A stretch of 32,000 bases of DNA from Crocosphaera subtropica ATCC 51142. Its GTDB lineage: Bacteria > Cyanobacteriota > Cyanobacteriia > Cyanobacteriales > Microcystaceae. The position numbers were made by a program, and so were the translations under genes. Each line of letters opens with the position of its first letter. The first letter of the stretch is position 1. Below, piece after piece: positions 26,262 through 32,000 of the stretch. The stretch lies in assembly GCF_000017845.1 (NCBI RefSeq), contig NC_010546.1:3870001-3902000 (forward strand). The letters are read 5' to 3'. The notes below the pieces were generated by a model. It was not told the origin of the DNA. It made no database searches and was given only the letters and a program-made list of their open reading frames with translations.

Positions 26262-28091
26262 ATGTATTTGTATGACGATAATAGAAGAGGCTCAGTCCCC
26301 TTTAAAACAACGAACTTACCCTTGTGGGGGCATTCCTCTGAGCAAAATTTAGTTCGTATTCTACAACAAAGAGCCAATTATCAACCTTCAAAAACAGCCT
26401 ATATTTTCTTAGACCGTGGTGAAAGTGAACAGTGTTCCTTAACCTACGAAGAATTAGACAAAAAAGCCAGAGAACTCGCTGCAATTCTCTGTAACTCTCA
26501 TTTACAAGGGGAAAGAGCTTTATTGATGTATTCTCCTGGTATTGATTTTATTATTGCTTTTTTTGCTTGTCTCTATGCTGGTGTCATTGCTGTTCCCATC
26601 TATCCCCCTCGTCGAAATCAATCCCTCGACAGACTAAAAGCTATTATTGATGATTGTCAAGCCAAAGAAGTTTTGACGACCAGTTCCATTAAAAATAATC
26701 TAGAAAATAGCCTAATTAAGTATCCAGAATTAGCTCATTTTCAGTGGATAGCTACGGATAATTTACCCACCAGAATCAATGCTCATGACTTTCAACCCGT
26801 CAGAATCGATAAAGATGATCTTGCTTTTCTACAATATACCTCTGGTTCCACTGGTAATCCTAAAGGCGTGATGGTGAGTCATGGTAACTTAATCCATAAT
26901 GAGTGTATGGTCAAACAAGCATTTGGACATACAGAGCAAACAATTTTTGCAGGATGGCTACCGTTATTTCACGATATGGGACTCATTGGTAATGTACTAC
27001 AACCCTTATATTTAGGTATTCCTTGTATTTTGATGTCTCCTGTTGACTTTTTACAAAAACCCTATCGTTGGTTAAAAGCCATTTCCGATTACCGTGCTAC
27101 CACTAGCGGAGGTCCCAATTTTGCTTATGACTTGTGTATTCAGAAAATTACTGATGAACAACTGAAGACCCTGAATTTGAATAGTTGGGAAGTTGCTTTT
27201 AACGGGGCTGAACCGATACGGGCTGAAACCTTAGAAAAATTTGCCCAGAAGTTCGCTCCCTGTGGTTTTCGTAAAGAGGCTTTCTATCCTTGTTATGGAA
27301 TGGCTGAGGCCACCTTATTTATCACTGGTGGAATGTCATTTAATGCCCCCAAGTACAAAACAATAGACGAAAAAGCTTTAGAAGAAAATCAAGTTGTTGA
27401 AGTTGAAAGACAAAAACCCTATAGTCGAACCTTAGTCAGTTGTGGCCACGAATGGTTAGAACAAACAATCAAGATTGTTAATCCCCATTCTTTAACCGAG
27501 TGTAAGAATAATCAAGTGGGAGAAATTTGGGTATCGGGAGGAAGTGTTGCCAAGGGTTATTGGCAAAAACCTGACAAAACCAAAGAAACCTTTGAAGCTT
27601 ATTTATCTGACACAAAAGAAGGTCCGTTTCTAAGGACGGGAGATTTAGGGTTTCTCTCATCAGAAAAAGAACTCTTTGTTACAGGAAGACTCAAAGATGT
27701 CATGATTATTCGAGGACGCAATCATTATCCTCAAGATATCGAATTAACTGTTGAGCAAAGTCATCCTGCTTTAAGATCCAGTTGTGGGGCTGCTTTTGTT
27801 GTGGGCAATACGGGTAATGAGAGATTGATTATTGTTCAAGAAGTTGAACGAACCTATTTACGAAAACTGAATCAACAGGAAGTCACAAGTGCTATTCGTC
27901 AAGCTGTCGCTAAACATCACGGTTTACAAGTTCATGAAGTGATTTTGATTAGAACAGCAACCATTCCCAAAACTTCCAGTGGAAAAATTCAACGTTATCG
28001 TTGCAAAGAACAGTTTTTAAAGCAGATGCTCGATTATTTACCCTCAAACTCTTCCTGTTCAACTCAGGTTACCCTAAAAAGAACCGCTTGA
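26262..28091 (+). CDS. Fatty acyl-AMP ligase (FAAL; acyl-ACP synthetase type adenylation enzyme)
   Basis: 609 aa. The adenylation core YTSGSTGNPKG is encoded at 26835..26867. Further motifs are GLPCILMSP-type, YGMAEATL, the FAAL-typical ...LVSCG... segment after an inserted stretch, GDLGF, GRLKD and PKTSSGKIQR. A stand-alone ACP and a PKS lie downstream. Confidence 0.9.
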   Translation: MYLYDDNRRGSVPFKTTNLPLWGHSSEQNLVRILQQRANYQPSKTAYIFLDRGESEQCSLTYEELDKKARELAAILCNSHLQGERALLMYSPGIDFIIAFFACLYAGVIAVPIYPPRRNQSLDRLKAIIDDCQAKEVLTTSSIKNNLENSLIKYPELAHFQWIATDNLPTRINAHDFQPVRIDKDDLAFLQYTSGSTGNPKGVMVSHGNLIHNECMVKQAFGHTEQTIFAGWLPLFHDMGLIGNVLQPLYLGIPCILMSPVDFLQKPYRWLKAISDYRATTSGGPNFAYDLCIQKITDEQLKTLNLNSWEVAFNGAEPIRAETLEKFAQKFAPCGFRKEAFYPCYGMAEATLFITGGMSFNAPKYKTIDEKALEENQVVEVERQKPYSRTLVSCGHEWLEQTIKIVNPHSLTECKNNQVGEIWVSGGSVAKGYWQKPDKTKETFEAYLSDTKEGPFLRTGDLGFLSSEKELFVTGRLKDVMIIRGRNHYPQDIELTVEQSHPALRSSCGAAFVVGNTGNERLIIVQEVERTYLRKLNQQEVTSAIRQAVAKHHGLQVHEVILIRTATIPKTSSGKIQRYRCKEQFLKQMLDYLPSNSSCSTQVTLKRTA

Positions 28092-28240
28092 GGAAAAAAT
28101 AATTTTTCTAGAGTTGTTAATCCTCGAATCGAAGAAACTCTCAGTCAAACAATGCTTACTCAAAAAAGTCAATATTTAGGTGTTAATTTTTTGAAGTGTC
28201 TGGGAATTATAAATTTGTAAGTTTACAAGTTTGTGATTCT

Positions 28241-29167
28241 ATGACTTCCTCAACGGTACAACCATCACTCACTGTATCCAGTGCTTCTCTGGGAAAAACT
28301 AAAAGACGATTCATTATTAGTTTAAGTATTGTGTCTTTAGTTGGTTTTTCTCTGGCAATATATCAAGTTTTCACTACTCGGATTGGACTTCTAGAAATTA
28401 GTCTTTTCCTATTAATGAGTGCTTGTAGTGCTATTGGAATAACAGTTGGTTTTCATCGTTATTTTTCCCATAAAGCCTTTAAAACTACCCGAACCATAGA
28501 GATTATTCTAGCGATTCTTGGTTCTATGGCTGGACAGGGTTCAGTCACTTCCTGGGTTTCAGTTCACCGTTGTCACCACAAATACAGCGATCAGTTAGGA
28601 GATCCCCATTCCCCTCATTTACATGGAGAAGGATTGCGGGGTAGAGTATTAGGGCTATGGTATGCTCATCTCGGCTGGCTATTAAATGACGATCTTCCTA
28701 ATTCTTTGGTGTTTGCTAAGGACATGATACAAGATCGGACAATGGTAGTCATCAATCGTTTCTATATCCTATGGCTGGCTTTAGGTTTATTGATTCCTGC
28801 AATGTTAGGAGGACTCTTAACTGGCACTTGGCATGGTGTTTTCCAAGGATTTATTTGGGGTGGACTCGCTAGATTATTTTGGACATTCCATAGTGGTTAT
28901 ACCATTAATTCTGTTGCTCATGTGTTTGGAAACAGCTTTTTGAAAAGTGATGATAACAGTAAAAATAACTTATTGTTAGCCCTTCCAACTTATGGAGAGG
29001 GATGGCATAATAATCACCATGCTTTTCCTCAATCGGCTAAGTTTGGTTTAAAATGGTGGCAAATTGATTTAGGCTATTGGTTTATAAAAGTTCTACAATG
29101 GATAGGTCTAGCTTGGGATGTCAAAATTCCTAGCAATGAAATGATCGAAGCTAAAAAAATTGTTTAA
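28241..29167 (+). CDS. Membrane-bound fatty acid desaturase, Delta9/DesC-like histidine-box family
   Basis: Three His boxes: HRYFSH (28454..28471), HRCHH (28565..28579) and HNNHH within GEGWHNNHHAFP (29006..29020). It has four hydrophobic helices. The track ORF begins at GTG 28196; ATG 28241 (MTSSTVQ...) is the more plausible start. Confidence 0.9.
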   Translation: MTSSTVQPSLTVSSASLGKTKRRFIISLSIVSLVGFSLAIYQVFTTRIGLLEISLFLLMSACSAIGITVGFHRYFSHKAFKTTRTIEIILAILGSMAGQGSVTSWVSVHRCHHKYSDQLGDPHSPHLHGEGLRGRVLGLWYAHLGWLLNDDLPNSLVFAKDMIQDRTMVVINRFYILWLALGLLIPAMLGGLLTGTWHGVFQGFIWGGLARLFWTFHSGYTINSVAHVFGNSFLKSDDNSKNNLLLALPTYGEGWHNNHHAFPQSAKFGLKWWQIDLGYWFIKVLQWIGLAWDVKIPSNEMIEAKKIV

Positions 29168-29243
29168 TGCCCAACCAATAAAGACAATTGGTTAGTCTTA
29201 AGATATTTTACATTCTTAACCCACTTATTTAGGAGAAAAAATT

Positions 29244-29522
29244 ATGAATTCTCAACAACCCACTGTTTCTGATCCCCAAAAATCCCCTAGTTATTCTGAA
29301 ATTGAAGCTTGGTTAATCTCTTATTTATCTAAACTGTTAGAAGTTGACCCTGAAACCATAGACGTTAACAACACATTTGAAAGCTATGGTCTTGATTCTT
29401 CAGCATCTGTGGGCTTAAGTGGAGATTTACAAGAATGGTTAGAAACCGATCTTGATCCCACCCTATTATTTGATTATCCTACCATTGACAGTTTATCCCA
29501 TTACTTAGCAGAAAATGATTAA
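29244..29522 (+). CDS. Stand-alone acyl carrier protein (PP-binding)
   Basis: 92 aa, acidic. The phosphopantetheine attachment motif is GLDSS, with the Ser codon at 29397..29399. An AGGAG Shine-Dalgarno lies upstream of the ATG. Confidence 0.85.
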   Translation: MNSQQPTVSDPQKSPSYSEIEAWLISYLSKLLEVDPETIDVNNTFESYGLDSSASVGLSGDLQEWLETDLDPTLLFDYPTIDSLSHYLAEND

Positions 29523-29641
29523 TGGATTCAACAACTGATTAGTTTAGCTAATTATAATGTATTTTCTTTTAAGAATTGTCAGGATAACATAGAAAGTTAA
29601 TGGCATTAGAAACAGCTAAATCAAAGTCCAGGGATTGTATA

Positions 29642-29682
29642 GAAATTCAATGATCATTTACCGTAAACGAGCATTGAATTTC
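29642..29682 (+). other. Perfect 11-bp-stem hairpin in the ACP-PKS intergenic gap
   Basis: GAAATTCAATG (29642..29652) / CATTGAATTTC (29672..29682) with a 19-nt loop. No U-tract follows it. Confidence 0.5.
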
Positions 29683-29772
29683 TCCCCTGATCTCAGTTGA
29701 TTCCTTGGTTTGTATGGGTTATATATTGATGCTCGGAGATATCTCGGAATTTCCGATGATATAAAAAAGGTT

Positions 29773-32000
29773 ATGGTAGAACATATTGCAATTATTGGTC
29801 TAGGCTGTCGCTTCCCCCAAGCTAACAATGTAGAATCTTTCTGGCAATTGTTAAAAGGAGGTAAAGATGGCATTAGAGAAGTTCCGCCAGAACGCTGGAA
29901 CGTAGATGATTTTTATGATCCTCAACCGATAACCCCAGGAAAAATGAGTACCCGCCGGGGAGGGTTTCTCGATCAGGTGGATCAATTTGATGCTGGCTTT
30001 TTTCAAATTTCACCACGGGAAGCTGAACAAATTGATCCTCAACAAAGATTATTCTTAGAAGTGGCCTGGGAAGCTTTAGAAAATGCAGGACTCATTCCTA
30101 GTCAACTGTCTGGTACTCAGACTGGCGTGTTTGTGGGAATTAATAACAGCGACTATAATCGCATGAGTTGGCAAGATTTCGATTCGCTCAATGCTTATAG
30201 TGGAACAGGAACAGATGTGTGCATTGTTGCCAATCGTTTATCCTATTTTCTCAATCTCAAAGGACCCAGCCTAGCGATTAACACCGCTTGCTCTTCTTCT
30301 TTGGTAGCTATTCATTATGCTTGCCAAAGTTTACGGCTTCATGAATCAAATCTCTGTCTTGCTGGAGGGGTGAGCTTAATTCTGTCTCCAGAAGTAACGA
30401 TCGCCTTTTCCCAAGGCCGAATGATGGCTGCGGATGGTCGTTGTAAAACCTTTGATGCGTCCGCTGATGGCTATGTTAGAGGAGAAGGATGTGGTGTCAT
30501 TGTTCTTAAACGCTTATCCGATGCTCTAAAAGATGGGGATCAGATTCAAGGGATTATTCGGGGATCGGCAGTTAATCAAGATGGCTTAACCAATGGACTT
30601 ACTGCCCCCAACGGCCCATCTCAACAGGCCGTCATGGGTCAAGCCCTCAAAAATGCTAACCTACAACCCCACGAAATTAGTTATGTCGAAGCCCACGGAA
30701 CCGGAACCCCGTTAGGAGATCCCCAAGAATTTAGATCAATTACCACGGTCTTGAAACAGGGAAGACAACCAGAACAAACCTGTTGGGTGGGTTCGGTAAA
30801 AACCAATATTGGCCATCTAGAGTCAGCTTCAGGTATCGCTGGTGTCATTAAAACCGTTCTCTGTCTTCAACATCAAACTATCGTTCCTCATCTTAATCTC
30901 AACCAACTGAATCCTTATATCTCCCTAAAAAATATTCCGTTCACCATTCCCCAAGAATGCACTCCCTGGACAATTACAACGGAAAAACGCTGGGCTGGCG
31001 TTAGTTCCTTTGGCTTTGGGGGAACCAATGGCCATATCATTTTAGAAGAACCCCCTTCCTCTGAGTTAACAGCAACCTCTCAAGAGCAAAAACCTCACTC
31101 TTTAGACCATCCTTATCATTTATTAACCCTTTCAGCCCAAAGCAAAGAAGCTTTACAAGCTTTGGTTAAACGGTATCAAGATTTTCTCAACACACATCAG
31201 GCCGTTGCCCTCCAAGATGTATGTTTCACAGCTAATACGAAGCGATCGCAGTTTGAACATCGACTAGCTATGGTAGTCGGTTCTTCTAAAGAATTACAGC
31301 AACAATTAGCCACTTTAATCAACCACCCAGAAGAATCGGCCATTCGAGCCATAGCCCGTCCCCGTAAGTCCCCTAAAATGGCTTTTATGTTTACAGGGCA
31401 AGGTTCACAATTTGTGGGCATGGGACAGCAATTGTATCAAACTTCTTCTTTCTATCGTCAAATTATTGATGAGTGCGATCGCTTATTACAACCTTACTTA
31501 GAAAGGTCTTTAATAGATATTTTGTATGAGCAAACAGAAAATAGTCTTTTAGATCAAACAATCTACACCCAACCTGCTTTATTTTCTCTCGAATACGCTT
31601 TAGCTAAACTATGGCAATCTTGGGGTGTAAATCCTGTTGCGATGATGGGACACAGTGTAGGAGAATATGTGGCTGCTTGTTTAGCAGGGGTATTTAGTCT
31701 CGAAGATGGACTCAAACTCATTGCCTACCGAGGTCGTTTAATGCAAGCTTTGCCTGAAAATGGGGCAATGGTAGCTGTTTTTATTTCTGAAAAACAAGCC
31801 CAAGCTTTGATTGAATCCTATGGAGACAAGGTTGCTCTTGCAGCCATTAATGGCCCCAATAGTGTGGTAATTTCAGGAGAAAGGGATAGCATTCAAACCT
31901 TAATCACCACATTCGACAGCCAAGGCATTCAATTTAAAGAGTTGCAAGTGTCCCATGCTTTTCATTCTCCCCTCATGAAACCCATGTTGGCAGAATTTGA
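29773..32000 (+). CDS. Type I polyketide synthase, partial (KS-AT..., continues past the right window edge)
   Basis: Hand translation from ATG 29773 gives MVEHIAIIGLGCRFPQANNVESFWQLLKGGKDGIREVPPERW.... KS motifs: TACSSS (Cys codon 30289..30291), EAHGTGTPLGD and NIGHLESASG. AT motifs: FMFTGQGSQFVGMG, GHSVGE (Ser codon 31654..31656) and HAFH (31954..31965), which indicates malonyl specificity. The frame is open to 32000. It is absent from the ORF track because it is edge-truncated. Confidence 0.95.
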   Translation, partial: MVEHIAIIGLGCRFPQANNVESFWQLLKGGKDGIREVPPERWNVDDFYDPQPITPGKMSTRRGGFLDQVDQFDAGFFQISPREAEQIDPQQRLFLEVAWEALENAGLIPSQLSGTQTGVFVGINNSDYNRMSWQDFDSLNAYSGTGTDVCIVANRLSYFLNLKGPSLAINTACSSSLVAIHYACQSLRLHESNLCLAGGVSLILSPEVTIAFSQGRMMAADGRCKTFDASADGYVRGEGCGVIVLKRLSDALKDGDQIQGIIRGSAVNQDGLTNGLTAPNGPSQQAVMGQALKNANLQPHEISYVEAHGTGTPLGDPQEFRSITTVLKQGRQPEQTCWVGSVKTNIGHLESASGIAGVIKTVLCLQHQTIVPHLNLNQLNPYISLKNIPFTIPQECTPWTITTEKRWAGVSSFGFGGTNGHIILEEPPSSELTATSQEQKPHSLDHPYHLLTLSAQSKEALQALVKRYQDFLNTHQAVALQDVCFTANTKRSQFEHRLAMVVGSSKELQQQLATLINHPEESAIRAIARPRKSPKMAFMFTGQGSQFVGMGQQLYQTSSFYRQIIDECDRLLQPYLERSLIDILYEQTENSLLDQTIYTQPALFSLEYALAKLWQSWGVNPVAMMGHSVGEYVAACLAGVFSLEDGLKLIAYRGRLMQALPENGAMVAVFISEKQAQALIESYGDKVALAAINGPNSVVISGERDSIQTLITTFDSQGIQFKELQVSHAFHSPLMKPMLAEF

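Overview
The window looks like a 32-kb chromosomal segment of a low-GC cyanobacterium. Three things support this. The HIP1 octamer GCGATCGC occurs at least 22 times by eye. The gene set includes crtP-crtB, ycf49-like, DUF2854-like and DUF4079-like genes. The overall style resembles unicellular Cyanothece/Crocosphaera-type genomes, but that placement is inference and not a database result.

I support about 28 protein-coding genes. Two of them run off the window edges and are missing from the supplied ORF track. One is a membrane helical-repeat protein at 1..956 (-). The other is a type I PKS at 29773..32000 (+).

Most of the window is ordinary core genome:
- Housekeeping: coaE, gnd, crtP and crtB.
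- Envelope and polysaccharide genes: a GH15-like hydrolase, a GT26 WecB/TagA-type transferase and a GT1/GT4 glycosyltransferase.
- Signalling and regulation: a CHASE2-GGDEF cyclase and a LysR regulator.
- Other enzymes: a Gfo/Idh/MocA oxidoreductase, a class IV aminotransferase and an M20 amidohydrolase.
- Several conserved secreted, lipoprotein or membrane hypotheticals.

I found no rRNA, tRNA, CRISPR array, transposase or integrase.

The stand-out region is 26.2-32.0 kb. It holds four co-directional genes: a fatty acyl-AMP ligase, a membrane histidine-box desaturase, a stand-alone acyl carrier protein and a type I PKS (KS-AT..., truncated by the window end). The first three match the gene order of the JamA/JamB/JamC starter-unit cassette. 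The cluster lies behind a 448-bp very AT-rich leader that contains a perfect 21-bp palindrome.

Secondary observations:
- A TM / long coiled-coil / C-terminal BRCT protein with 138-bp in-frame tandem repeats.
- A MITE-like dispersed repeat family with three copies, one complete with TA flanks.
- A long C-tract/G-tract hairpin element with G-quadruplex potential.
- Several intergenic direct and inverted repeat arrays.
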